From Camelus dromedarius (taxonomy: Eukaryota), in assembly GCF_036321535.1 (NCBI RefSeq), contig NC_087449.1, forward strand, positions 29,388,001 through 29,452,000: a stretch of DNA of 64,000 bases. The letters are read 5' to 3'. Under the pieces are notes generated by a model. The model made no database searches, was not told where the DNA came from, and saw only the letters and a program-made list of their open reading frames with translations. This document shows, one piece after another, positions 34,601-47,095 of this stretch (the first letter of the stretch is position 1; each line of letters starts with the position of its first letter). The position numbers and the translations under genes were made by a program.

Positions 34601-36374
34601 GTAGGTTAAAGAGCTTTCTGTCATTAATGTACCAAAGGAAACGTGAGGAGATGTGCCACAGGGAGGTCACACGAAGCATTTGAGCACTGGGGGTGGGCAG
34701 TTGTCTGGTAAGAAATGGACAGCATCTAGAGAAGGGAGCTGGGGGATCAGGGAGGCTTTAAATGCCTTCAGGATGCTTTACCCTCAGCAGGCATCGTCCA
34801 TCCGTGAGTAATAGAGAGGAAGTGCCCCGATTCCGAATATACGAGTTGAAAAACTGTCTCAGAAGAGTCAGCCAGTTACTCTTGTTTGCATCTGCTGATG
34901 TTGACCCACACCTGCCCTCCGCTGGTCCTCAGCAGCTGATACTAGCTCCTGGGAGCCGGACCGTGAGCTCTGCCAGGTTGCAGATGCCCGTCTCTGTGGG
35001 CCTCCCCCGCCCCGACCCTCCAAATAAGCTGTTCCTGGGGAAGGAGAGCACCACATACAGTAGTAACAGGGCTGGTAATTAGCAGCAGCCCCGGGGCCTT
35101 GCAGCACTTCTAAAAAGACAAGGTGATTCAGTCAGATCTGTCACTACCCCTGAGAGTTTCCCAGATGGAGAGACAGGTGGGGCTCTCCAGTGCTAATGAC
35201 AAGGAGGCCTTTAACCTGCAGTTGTTAGAGGACATGCAGGGGATGGGGGGGGGGCATGTGGGACAAAAGCAAAACAGGTGGCCGTGGAGTCTGCCTGTCT
35301 GTTGTTGATGGAAGAATCTATTTTTATATGTGACCTTGACAAATCGTGCTGCCCTAAGGGGTAGGCAGAGAATCCATTGAACTGTGATGGTGCAGTCATG
35401 TCCGAATAAACATGCAAGATGTGAAAACACGACACAGAGCCCCAGCCTTGCTCTGTATCTTCCATCTTTAATCCAGAGGCTCAGGAATTAGATGAACATT
35501 CTTTTTTTTTTTTTTTTTTGCATATTTGTTGGTAAATAAAAGGTTGAATGTTTAATAATGTATTTATCATACTGAATCAAAATGCCCTAAAGTACTGTAA
35601 TAATTGTTTTCTCTAGTGGAGTGGATGAATACAGTCGGAGCAGTGAAGAAATTTCTACATCTCCCCTGGGAATTCGGGAGAGCCTCAGAAAGGAGGGAAC
35701 TCTTGAACTGATTGTGGAAGTCTGAGTAGGAGCGTGTTGGGCTTACGGAGGTACACGGAGGTAGTGGAGATACCAGGGCTTTGACACAGGTATTTCAGGT
35801 GGAGAATAGCCTGGTTTCCACCATTTGGAAAGAAAATCAGGAAGAAAATCTTACTTTCTCTTTCTGAAAAGAAATGTGTGAAACCTCAGTCGTGTGGCTG
35901 GATTGGTGCTGGCATTCAGCCCTAGCTCCGCAGACACAGGGGACTGGTCTGGGAGTATGCAAACGGTACACCAGGACCAAGCAAAATCCTCCTTGGGGTT
36001 TTTTTAAGCTGCAGCTGGGGGAGAGATTTCGGTCAGCTCATCACTAGTGACAAACTAAGAGTAAGGTGTGGGATTTGTTGATGGCTTTGACCCCGCCATT
36101 TGGAAATACTCCTGGCCACAAGAGAAGGAAACCCAGCTCAAATGAGTTTAGATCAAAGTGGCATTGATTGTGAAATTTACATAAGCATAGTTCCTCTATG
36201 GCTCTTATTTCTGTGTTTACCTTTGCAAAAGCAGACTAGGTTCTTCCAAATGGTGGAAAGCAGGCTCAGTAATGACTTCCCTATCTCACTTCTCATTGGG
36301 GTCGGGGGAAGGGTAGGAGACAGGAAAAAACCCCCAAAATTTCATAAATAAGACAACCTTATAGAATGTTAGAA

Positions 36375-36540
36375 TAGTGTTTCTCAAACACTGATGTTCC
36401 TGTAAATCAGCTGGGGATTTCCTATCATGCAGATATCCTATCTCTGTAGGTCTGGAATGGTCCTTAAGATTTGCATTTCTAACAAGCTTCCATGTGATAC
36501 TGCTTCTGCTGGTTCAAAGACCACACTTTGAGTAGCAGCG
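36375..36540. mobile_element. MER5A hAT MITE
   Basis: gtttctcaaac...tttgcatttctaacaagcttccatgtgatactg...gaccacactttgagtagca. Confidence 0.88.
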
Positions 36541-36756
36541 TGTTCAAAGATAATGTTTAAGAATTGAGGAAACATGAAAAGCTGGTGCAGTATATGGTGG
36601 CGTGGAAATGGGGGTAGAAGGGGGTTGTAACTTTCATTAGGGTGATTAGGATAGTCCATGGAGGTGATGTTTGAACAGACTTGAAAGAGATAATTGTTTT
36701 GACATGATTAAAATATGTGTGTGTGTGTGTGTATAAATTTTTCTGTTTTAAGAACA

Positions 36757-37298
36757 CCTATTAGTTAACTATTGCAGCATAACGAACAACCCCAAACTTC
36801 TCGTCTTAGAGCAACAAGCATTGATGAGTCCATGGTCTTGGCAGCTGGCCTTAGCTGGGTGCTCTTGCTCACAGTCTCTCCCAAGGCTGCAGTCAGGGTG
36901 TTGGCCAGAGCAGCTGCCTTCATCTCAGGTATTGCCTGCGATCTGTTTCCATGCTCACTCTCACGGCCATTGGCAGGCCTCAGTTGCTCTCCGGCCAGTG
37001 GCCAGGGGCCTCCTTCAGTTCCTTGCCATGTGGGTCTTCCCATAAAGCAGATCACCACCAATAAGACAGCTTCCATCAGAGCCAGCAGAGAGGAGGGCAA
37101 GGGATGGCCATCAAGAAGGAAGCCAGAGCCTTTCTGTAACCTAATTTATTATGTGACGTCTCATCACTTTTGCCATATTCTAATGATTAGAAATGAGCCG
37201 CCAAGTCCAACTCATACTCAGAGGGGAGGGGATGACCCAAGGCACAAACACCATGAGGCAAGGATGGCTGGGGGCCGTTTTAGAGGCTGCCTACCGCA
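36757..37298 (-). mobile_element. MLT1E/F-type MaLR solo LTR
   Basis: tattagttaactattgcagcataacgaacaaccccaaactt start; catcacttttgccatattcta; gggccgttttagaggctgcctaccgca end. Confidence 0.85.
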
Positions 37299-38009
37299 GC
37301 ATGCCTCTGCGTTGCCTCCAAAACCTGGGTGTCTTATGTGCTCAACCAGGTGGTTGTTTTTGCCAACTCGTTTAGCCAAGAGGATCATGGGAATTTCTTG
37401 GCTCCCAAAGGAATCCAGGATTATGGCTCTGACTGAGCTAGAGTTGGCTCTGGCCAATCTTCCTCTTTGGAGGTGGGTTCCATCCTAGTCTGCTTCTTTT
37501 TGGAGACATTCGGGCCGAGGCTGGGAGGCCACCTGAGAGCTGCTGGGCAGCTGAGCTCTGACTGACCCTCTGGCCATTTCAGCGCTGCCTGAGGAGACTG
37601 CCAAGGAGACAGATGCTGCTGCTGGAGAAACACCTTCTGGAGCCTGGCATTTGTCTGGTAATTGCTCTCCAAGAGAAAATAAACTCTTCACGTGGGGGGA
37701 CTGTGGATGGTGCCCGATTGTCAAGTAGAGAGATGATTTAGCACAAGTGCTGCAAATAAAATGCGGAAGATTTTATTAGAAAATAGAAGACATTTGTATA
37801 GATCTAAAGTTAGGCTTTTTACAAATCTACTGACTCAGGAAAGGCTTCTGATTTTCCAGGCACAGACTAATAATACACTGTGAATTGAATTATGTGCGAA
37901 ATACTTCACCTGTCCCCTCACTCCTGTTCCTTTTGCAGACCTATTTCTTCTGCAGCAGAGAGTGCCACTGTTTCCTTCTGGCTTAGAGATTCATAATGTA
38001 GTAGAAACA

Positions 38010-38230
38010 GCACTGGCTTAGGACTGGGCTGTAGGCTCAGGAGATGGACTCAACCATGTACCACTAGGGGATACAGGTTTCGTCTGCAGTTTGCTCATCA
38101 TTAAATTGGGTAGTAAACACTTCTCTCATGGAGTTCTTTTAAGGATCGAGTTAAACAAAATAACACCAGGAAAGGTTCCTTGCTGCCCAGTAAATAATAG
38201 ATGGTGGGTTCCTTACCACGTAGTAAATAA
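38010..38230 (+). mobile_element. MIR relic
   Basis: cagtttgctcatcattaaattgggtagtaaacacttctctcatggagttcttttaaggatcgagtt. Confidence 0.6.
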
Positions 38231-38389
38231 CTTAATAGATGGTGGCTTTATTGATTCTATACTTACAGTAACAGCCCTGGGAGAGAGCTTTAAATATTAA
38301 GTCCTTCAACAGGAATGGGGAAACTAAGGCCGAAGGCTAAAGGCATTTCCTACAGAGCGTAGAACAGTTATATTTCACCCGCCCATCCA

Positions 38390-38830
38390 TCCAGTCACTC
38401 ACCTACGCATGTCACCATCCAGCCATGCACCCATCCACTGATCCAGCCAATATTTATAGACATATGCTTTCTGACAATGCTGTTCTCCTTGCAGCGGCTA
38501 TAAAGACGAAGAAGTCAGGCAGACTGCCTGCCCTCAAGGGATTAGATAGGCAAGACAGTATGGGTAGACTTTAGATGAAATTAACAACTACAACATAAAC
38601 AGAGGTTGAAATGATAATGATTGGTTGGAGGGACAGGCGGAGGCTCCTGCAGGTTAAGTGACCTGAGAAAGTCCACTTTAAAGAGTGGCATCTGAGGGGA
38701 GAACTGTCAGATAAGAAGGAATCAAGGAAGGACCAATAACTGAGAAGATGGTGACGCAGAAAGAACAGAAGGATGGCCAGGACGCTGGGCATGTCCCAGA
38801 TCAGATGGGATGTGTATAGTCCTGCCCGGG
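38390..38830 (-). mobile_element. L2 relic with degenerate (CCAT)n tail
   Basis: catccactgatccagccaatatttatagac...ctgcctgccctcaaggg...gacaggcggaggctcctgcaggttaagtgacctgag. Confidence 0.7.
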
Positions 38831-38956
38831 AAAACACTTGCTTAAACAGATTATGGAATTACTGGTCATAAAGGTAAATCTGGTTTCTTTAACAAAGAAA
38901 ATCCAGCCCCCCTGCTGTGGCTTCCTTTCAGCCCACAGAGCCTCAGACCTTGTTTT

Positions 38957-39034
38957 TCTTCTTTTCTTTTCTTTTCTTTTCTTTTCTTTTCTTTTCTTTT
39001 CTTTTCTTTTTTCTTTTCCTTTTTCTCTTCTTTC
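38957..39034. repeat. (TTTTC)n microsatellite
   Basis: About 10 perfect units then degenerate. Confidence 0.95.
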
Positions 39035-39314
39035 TTAAGTGCTTTGGTATTTTTATATTTTTGAAAAATTAATAGCCAATAAAGGCAGTTTGGGTAGTTT
39101 CTCTTTGGAGGGAAAATGTTTCCTTTCAAACTTACTGTCGTTAATCAATATGTGCCTCTCTTGAGTAATGGCCACATCCTCACAGCTACGGGGAGATTTT
39201 GAGGAGTTGATAAATGAGTAAATCACACAGGGAACAAACTCATGCCTCTCTCCTTCCAAAAGGCCCCCAGTCCTGCTTTCTTTGAAGAATGGCTAAGTTC
39301 CATTTTCTCAGTAA

Positions 39315-39470
39315 TAACAATAATGTAATATTAAGAGCCATTGAGCGTCTGCTGGGTACCAGGCATGGTGCTGGATGAATTACAGATTAAACCACCGATG
39401 CTCCCAATGCTTTGAGGGTAAGGTACCATCAATTCCATTTGTAAATTAAGGAAACCGTGGCTGATTTAGC
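39315..39470 (-). mobile_element. MIR relic
   Basis: aattccatttgtaaattaaggaaaccgtggct. Confidence 0.65.
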
Positions 39471-40779
39471 CATTACAGCAGCAGCACAGTGCCTCGGGTC
39501 CCACCGTATTTTGAGGAGCTCACAATAAATGTTTTCATTTCTTTTAAAATCAGAAGAAGGAAATGAACCTTGAGGGTGAAGATTACAATTGTCTTGAGAC
39601 CAACACAGTCGGAGAATGGAATTTTTAACATTTCTTTTAAGGAGGAAGGGGCCTTGGAGGAAGAAGTCCTTGGGACCTCTGAAGTCATAATGTAGGGACC
39701 ACATGAGGGCTCCAGAGAGTTGCCACTTGCTCAAAGCCACACGGGGAGGAAGACGCAGACAGACAGTCCCAACTCTGTCCCCGAGGCCTCGTTCTCAGTT
39801 CCCTTTACCCCGCTGTCTCTCATGTTGAGCCTAAGCCTTCTTTCCACAGAAATACTAAGTGCCTGAAAGCTGGGGCTCCGCCTCTTTAATTGTAGCACCT
39901 TTTGTGCTCCAGGAGAATGAGACAGAAAGGCACAGAACCTTTTTGCAGAGGGCTTCATCTCAGCCTTCCTGGACAGAGGCACCGGCCCATCTAGGGTCCT
40001 GATGAGAGCAAGTAGCATCACGAGTCGGACTCTGCTGGCCCTGCTTTGTCCAGACAGACAATTCAGTCCCATAGAAGCGTCCCCTGTTCATTTAGACAGA
40101 GCATGGAAACGGCCTTCCAGAGCCCTGGGATGACGGGTGAGTGGAGAAGCAGGTGGAAAACAACAGTGTTGTGGTTTTGCACGCAGCCCTGCTGCCCACC
40201 AGCCACTGTTGTACAAGTTAGAACCTTTGACAAGTTTGGCCTTCATTTCCCTGAGCAAGAGTCCAGTGTAAACAGGGGCCAGTTTGCATTCAAGGCACAC
40301 TTTCTTCTACGCTGCTGTGTAAAACAGTTTTAATAAAGCCTTTGGGTGATTCTGGGTATCACAACAACTACATTTGACCCTGGATGGCTTCACTCGTGCC
40401 CTGGTGATGTTCCCCACGGCATTTAGCTTCCGAGGCCATGCTGTCTTTGGCTGAATTTATCATCAAGAAGAGTTTTCTAAATTATTACAGAAGGCGATTG
40501 CTTAGATAAAAGTAGGTGTCCCCTGTTTGAGCCTCAGTTTCCCCATTGGTCAAACGAGAGGAGTAGATGATTTCAAAACTCTCTTCTAGCTCTGAATTCT
40601 GTTTTTTTGAGCAACTCCTAAGTGACAGACCCCAAATTAAGGGTTGGGGATTTGTTTGGGGGCTCAACTGAGATTATGGATAAAGTAAATCATATTCACC
40701 CTGTAAATCATATTCACTTTTAATGGAGAGTAACAATTACTGAGTTCCTCTCAGTTACTCATGGAACCACTGTGGACCC

Positions 40780-40935
40780 GGAATTTTGCATACTTTTTGT
40801 TGCCTGTAATAATAAAATTGCAAGATAAATTTTGCTGTTCATATTTCAGAGATGAGGAATTTAGGCTTGGAGAGGTTAAGAAAGAGTAAAGTTCAGAGCC
40901 GGGACTTAAGCCTGGGACTGACTTCACCTCCTGGC
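40780..40935 (-). mobile_element. MIR relic
   Basis: catatttcagagatgaggaatttaggcttggagaggttaag. Confidence 0.65.
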
Positions 40936-42059
40936 TGCTGTTTATCTTTATCACCTGTTGCCATGGTTTCACAGTCAGTTGGAGAAGTCGAGAGGAAAGA
41001 CGTGTATGTGTGGACAACGCGCTAACACAGTCATGTTGGGTAAAACTGGCTCTAGCTTGAGGTGTCCACCGAAGGCCTTTGCCTGGATATAGCGTCTGTT
41101 GGGAATCAAAGGTGTGCGGCATTCAATAGAGAAGAGCAGTCAGAACGTGTTCACTTCTTCTGTGAGTTACACTGAATCTTGACTTATTGGGAGCAAAGTC
41201 CAGTACCACAAACAAGTGCTGATCAGCAGAACTGATTTTTCTTTCCTCTCCTTTACATGGGCTGAAGGCAGGAAGCCTTCCTTCTGTAGAGGAAGAAACC
41301 CCGTCATCCTGAGACATGCCTGTCTGTGTCTCTTTTCAAGCTTGCCTTCCTAACCCTGATGACCGGGCAGCTGCCTCAGTTTCCCAACCAACGTGACAGG
41401 CTTCTGGAACCCAGACTTAACAAGAGAAGCCGGACAGGTTTCATCTTCCTGCAGTGGGTTGGGGGCATCCCCACGTGGGTCTGCCCACCTCTCACGACGG
41501 GAGAGAACACTTTGTTCCACTGTCTCACGTAACACACCATGTCACTAGGACAGCCGCAGCCATCACGAGGCTGTGTGGCACTTCCCCGCTGCATGTCACT
41601 TCCAGCCATCATTTTTCTGACGCCATCACACAAGCAACTCAGTGCTGTGGTCTTTGACGTTGTAAAGACCTGTGTCTGGATCCTAGTTCTGACACGACCT
41701 GTCTTTTCTTTAGCTAGAACTAAGCTTTCTGTGTCTAAGTTTTTTTTTTTTTTATCAATGACATAGAGATTAAAACATTAGACAGACCCACGTGGTGGTT
41801 CTGCACCAGGAGGAAGAGAGATGGCAGACAGAGTCTAGTGTCTTGACTTCATCTCACTACTGTGATGGGAGAAGGATCCGCGGGATGGATGAGATGAGGT
41901 TACAGTTACTCTTATTGCACAGAGGTTTTCCTTTCCTAGGGCTGCGTGGCTAGTGGATTGTGGAGCGAGCCCTGAAAAACCCAGCCTTGTTACTAGACCA
42001 TTAGTTCCTTAAGGGCCTGGCCCTGTCCTCGCCTCCAGGCCTCACACTGCTAATTCTCT

Positions 42060-42815
42060 CCCCTCTGGCCCACACTAGCCTCCTCACAGCTCTTTCAAAA
42101 TGCTCGGTTTACTATCCTTATTAATGCCGAGGGATTTGGGGCTTGCCATCCTCTCTTTGCCCACGTCCGTGTGGTATCGCCTTTACCTTCTTAGAAGTTT
42201 TGCTCAGTGTCGTCTCAGGGAGGCCTTCCCTGACCTCTCACCAGAGCGCAGCCCCCTTTCTAGCAGTCCTCACTCCCTGCCCGCCCTTACTTTTCTTCCC
42301 GGCACTTCCCACCGTCTGACATATTGCATACAGGCACGTCTTGTTTAATTGTGTTTCACTTGATTGCGCGTCTCAGATGCTGCGTTTTTACAAACGGAAG
42401 GTCTGTGGAAACCCTGCGTCGGGCAAGAGTGATACATGTGGATACATTTGCTCACTTGGTGTTTCTGTGTTTTGGTCATTCTCTCAGTATTTCAAACCTT
42501 CCACCAGCAAAAAGATTATGACTCACTGAAGGCTCAGATGATAGTTAGCATTTTTTAGCCATAAAGTATTTTTAAATTAAGGTGTGTGTATTGTTTTTTA
42601 GCCCTAGTGCTACTGCACACTGAACAGACTGCATTCTAGTGGGAACACAACTTTTACAGGCACTGGGAAGCCAAAAAATTGGTGAGACTCGCTGTGTTGT
42701 GATACTCACTGTACTGAGGTGGTCTGGAAGAGGACCTGCAGCGTCTCCCAGGTCTGCCTGTCCTGGACTTACTCATTTGTTACTGTCTCTCTTTCTCCAC
42801 TAAGACATACGTTGC
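42060..42815 (+). mobile_element. L2 relic interrupted by Tigger MITE
   Basis: gctcagtgtcgtctcagggaggccttccctgacc left; tttgttactgtctctctttctccactaag right. Confidence 0.7.
42331..42760 (+). mobile_element. Tigger1-derived MITE copy 3
   Basis: ta|caggcacgtcttgttt...gactcactgaaggctcagatgatagttagca...ccaggtctgcctg. Confidence 0.88.
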
Positions 42816-43554
42816 AGCATCACAACTGAACAACGCATGTCAAACAGCCTCCAGTCAGTAAATTCAGCTGTGTTGATTGCGTGAGTAAAGAAATATGTTT
42901 TGGGTGGGGGGGGCTGTGTTTGAATGCCCTTTGCCCTGATGATGTTCGGGGCAGAACACTTAACTGCTCCTCCCACGTGATCACACCTTGCCAGACTCCT
43001 TTGGTAATCACCGAAACTCCCAAGGGTGAGCCCAGCTGTGCACTTTGCCCTTTGTTCTTTGTGGGGTGGCTCTGGGCTCGCAGAAGGGCCAGGACAGCTA
43101 TCTCTCCGTAAGCTGTGCTTTGCAGTGTGATCACATGGGTAATGTAATATTTAATTTAATTTTTTAAAAAATCTCTATGTAGAGCTCTTTACTAGAAATG
43201 AGTTTGCTCAGGTTGTTGGGTTTTGTTTCCTTCTAGCATGCTGAGGTATGCTGGGTGCGAGGGAGTTTCTCTCCTGTGCCTGGGGTTCTAGGGAAAGGCT
43301 TTCTGGAACGTCACTCTGTGAGGCTGAGTTTTGTACATTGTGTTCTGAGCAGAGGGCCCCTTGTATAATGTGGGCAGAAGTCCCACTCTCCTTTAATTCT
43401 TTTAAAGGTGTTTTCTATGTGTTCTGAAATGATTCAAAAATCCCTTGTTCATGGAGCAGGGATTTTATAAAAGTGAATGATGTTGTAAATTGTCTGATCA
43501 TATGAAATCACGTGGAAGTGCTTTCTGCGGCTGATGTGCATGGTGTGCACGTTG

Positions 43555-43880
43555 GATCATAGTGTTGTGGGGAATGGACTAGGATTCAGGGGACCTGGCT
43601 AGTTGTTCTATGTAACATGCTAATTGGGTGACTGTGGGGAAGCCACTCAGCCTCTCTGAGACACAACTCTTCACTTGAAAAATGAGGACTTTAGGCCGTT
43701 GGTCTCTGAGCTCCAAGACCCTTTCTAGCTTTAAGACTCCGGACTGGAAGCTTAAAGACTTCAGTCCTCATGTGGATACAGCCACTTACTAATCCTGGAG
43801 CTCTGGGTAAATGACCTTCTTCCTCAGAGCTCCATTTCTCAGTCTTTAAAAATGATGGTCAAGGTTCCTAGTTTGTGTTT
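43555..43880 (+). mobile_element. Two MIR relics
   Basis: gggtgactgtggggaagccactcagcctctctgag; ctgggtaaatgaccttcttcctcagagctccatttctcagtctttaaaaatg. Confidence 0.7.
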
Positions 43881-45017
43881 TTGTAAGGGCATTAATTTCA
43901 TTTGGACACACAGATGTGAACAGACTTTTTAGCTGTAGAATCCTGGTGTTATTAGAAGCAACTCCTTATTTTATTGTGATTTCATGGCAAGGTGCCAAAA
44001 AAATGGCTGGATACAAGTTACGAGATGAAAAGTCATTGCCCACCATATGGACAGTTTTTTAAATTGTGCTTTTAAGATATATGGGTTTTATGTTTCACTC
44101 TTGACTTTTATTTTAAAATCCCCATCTTAAGTTCTTGACTTGAGCTTGGGGAAGGCATTCATAGCTTTCATGACATTTTTCAAAAGGAGTATGTAATAGT
44201 CCCATTTTTAAACTGATTTTTTGTGCATGTTTCCTGGAATTCCTGAGGGAATCGATCTTTTCATGCTGCTTCTGATCATACATCCCTTCCTCCGTGGGCA
44301 GATATAAGCTGATAATACCTAGAGAATCACAAATGTTGAAGGAATGTCTTTCCGCAGGACTAGCTGACTGCTTTCTGGAAATTTCCAGTTAAAGGACACC
44401 TAATCAAGACTGGCTCACTTTTTAGAGACAAGCCTAATTAAAAATCTGTAGTAATTCAGTTACTGATTTGGCTATTGGAAGTCATTTAATATTTTTCTGT
44501 TTGTTTGATGGTTGGTTGATTTATTTATAAATGTACTTGTTTATTCATTCATTCAACACATACTTAGAGAGTATCTACCAGGTTTTACTTAGGTGAGAAA
44601 TACAAGGACAATAGAGCACTGTTTCTGGGAAGCCATTAAGTATTAGAATTGTTATCTTGAATGTTTTTAATCCCTAAAGGATACTCCTAATTTAGACTGT
44701 GAATTATAATGACTAAAGGCTGGAGTTCCCTCCAGAGAGGGAGAAGGTATCATTTTATTGGGGTTAGTGGCTGCACAGGGCTTGGCCCAGGTTGTTGTAC
44801 AAAGGTACAGATTTATCAGACAAGGGAGGAGGTGTGGTCTAGAGGCAGCAAATAAGGGAGGTGTGGCCTTACCAGCTGGGGCTGAGAGAGGACGGCTGTG
44901 ACCAGCTGACATACTAGCCATAGACCCTGCCCTCCTACTGTCACCCCACCCTGGCCCCCGCCCCATCCCCATGGTATTAATTTCAACTCTAGATAATCGA
45001 TAAGAAAGCATAATATA

Positions 45018-45597
45018 CACCCCAGTGTTCATAGCAGCAGTATTTACAGTAGCCAAGAAGTAGAAACAACCTAAATGTCCATCAGTAGATGACTGGATAA
45101 GGAAGATGTTATATATTTACACAATGGAATATTAGTCAGCCATAGAAAAGAATGGAATAATGCCATTTGTAGCAACACAGATGGACCTGGAGATTATCAT
45201 ACTAAGAGAAGTCAGTCAGACAGGGAAAGACAAATATCCTATTATATCATTTATATGTGGAATCTAAAAAATATGATATAAATTCTATTTACAAAACAAG
45301 AACAGGCTCATGGACATAGAAAACAAACTGGTTACCAAAGGGCAGAGGGTGGGGAGGAATAAATTAGGGGTTGGGGATTAACAGACAGACATTACTGTAT
45401 ATAAAATAGACAAACAACAGGGACCTACTATATACCACCGAGAACTATATTCAATTTCTTGTAATAACATAATGGAAAAGAATCTGGAAAGAAAATATAT
45501 ATATGTATGTATATGTATAACTGAATCACTTTGCTGTACACCTGAAACTAACATTGTAAATCAACTGCACTTGAATAAAAAAATTTTAAAAAGAAAA
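45018..45597 (+). mobile_element. 5'-truncated LINE-1 (ORF2 C-terminus plus UTR)
   Basis: TSD aagaaagcRtaatata at 45002-45017 and 45598-45613; gtgttcatagcagcagtatttacagtagccaag...atggacctggagattatcatactaagagaagtcagtcag encodes the ORF2p end. Confidence 0.95.
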
Positions 45598-45614
45598 AAG
45601 AAAGCGTAATATAG

Positions 45615-45800
45615 ACCTAGGGGTCAAGGTACAAAAAAGATCTTGGAATCCAGAGGACATGGATTCCAGTCCTGTTTGCAACACATCCCAGCTGGGAAAC
45701 CTCTGGCCCATTTCTTTTTCTTGTCCAAACCTGGGAAAATAGGCAGAACTGACCGTCCTGAGTTGTCATGGAGATGAAATGAGCATGAGGTCAGGAGAGT
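45615..45800 (+). mobile_element. MIR relic
   Basis: ggaatccagaggacatggattccagtcctg...tctttttcttgtccaaacctggg. Confidence 0.5.
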
Positions 45801-46718
45801 AGTCAGCCAGCCGTGGCAGTCTTCAGAAAGGAAGTGTCAATGAGAGCAGAGACGAAGGCAAGACCGGAGGGCACCCTCCTAAGAGAAGTTGGAGCCCTTT
45901 TCCTTGCCCTGTTGCTGTGTTCTGACAAGGCTTGCTGTCTTGCCATCAAATGAAAACGGGAGCCCAGTGTGGGATGGAGGAAGGGAGCGGTTTGGACTTC
46001 AGCCCTCAGCCTCCACATGGCACTCAAACCAGCTCACCTGTGCTCCTGTGCAGAGAAGGCAAATGGAGTGAATGATGAAATGTCAGACAGGCACTTGAGG
46101 GCTTTGAGAAACTCTTGCCGGGTAGCATTATGCACATGTAATGTCCGCAGTACAGAGCTGCATGGCGGTATTGTTAATCGTTTGGTTTTTAAAAAATATA
46201 TAACTAATAAAGACTTTAACCAGAGTCCATTTAAAAACTGTTGTTGGAAATACTTGAGGAAATGAGCATAATATTTCTTTCAAAATTTTGTATAAGAGAA
46301 GTTTACCCAGAATCCTTGTACTTGGCAGGCAGAAATTCATCCAAACTGCTTTCCAAATTTACCAAGTGCTTGCCTGAATAGACAGGGAGCCTGGGGGTAT
46401 TTCTTGTGGGAGTGATGAGTTGTGAATCCCAATATAAGATGTGTGTTTAAAAAAAAAAAAAAAGAGGGTCTGTTTGAAGAGGGAAGAGAAGTTTCTGACT
46501 ATTTGGCAAAACAGGTTATTTTTAAACTGAAGAAAAATAGGTTTGTGGAGGTTTCAAAGATTTCTGTGACTTTTTTTTTTTTTTTAAATTCAGCTCTGTG
46601 TAGGACTCTCTCGTATCTCATTATCACAGGGCAAAGGAATTGAAGACTGTCTGTGCCTGCAGATGGTCTTCATGCTCATCAGGGGACAAGGTACAGGCAG
46701 ATAAAAAATGGCAGTGTA

Positions 46719-46853
46719 AGGGGCGGAGGGTGTAGCTCAGTGGTAGAGTTCATGCTTAGCATGCACAAGGTCCTGGGTTCAATCCCCAGTACCTCCATTA
46801 AGTAAATAAACAAACAAACCTAACCTCCCCCGCCCCGCCCCCGCATGCCAAAA
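46719..46853 (+). mobile_element. tRNA-Ala-derived camelid SINE (Vic-1 type)
   Basis: A box tagctcagtgg 46733-46743; B box ggttcaatccc 46776-46786; A tail; TSD aaaaaatggcagtgta / aaaaaatgacgatgta. Confidence 0.9.
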
Positions 46854-46889
46854 AAAAAATGACGATGTATGCAAAGCAAGATGGATTTA

Positions 46890-47095
46890 TAGGAACGTTG
46901 TGTTTGTAGTCAGATGCTTTGGGGTCCTAAATCTGGATCCACCTGGGGGTTGATATTTCATCAATTTGGTGCCTCAGTTTTCACAGCCGCAAAACGGAGA
47001 CAATAATACTTAAACCTTCCCAGGTTGTAGAGATGAGATGTGGTGTGTAGGACGTTTAGCACAGAACGCGGCACGTGGTGGTGTGATCACGAATG
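46890..47095 (+). mobile_element. MIR relic
   Basis: ggtgcctcagttttcacagccgcaaaacggagacaataatact. Confidence 0.7.

Noticed and set aside
36772-37488. 238-aa ORF
   Set aside because: Lies mostly within an antisense MLT1E/F LTR; no recognisable protein similarity.
770-37938. Strong-looking lone acceptors ending at 797, 8648 and 37938
   Set aside because: No matching strong donor or open coding frame; such polypyrimidine-AG motifs are common by chance.
46726-46797. tRNA-Ala(AGC) gene
   Set aside because: Anticodon and acceptor stems are mispaired; it has an A tail, a TSD and three sister copies, so it is a SINE.
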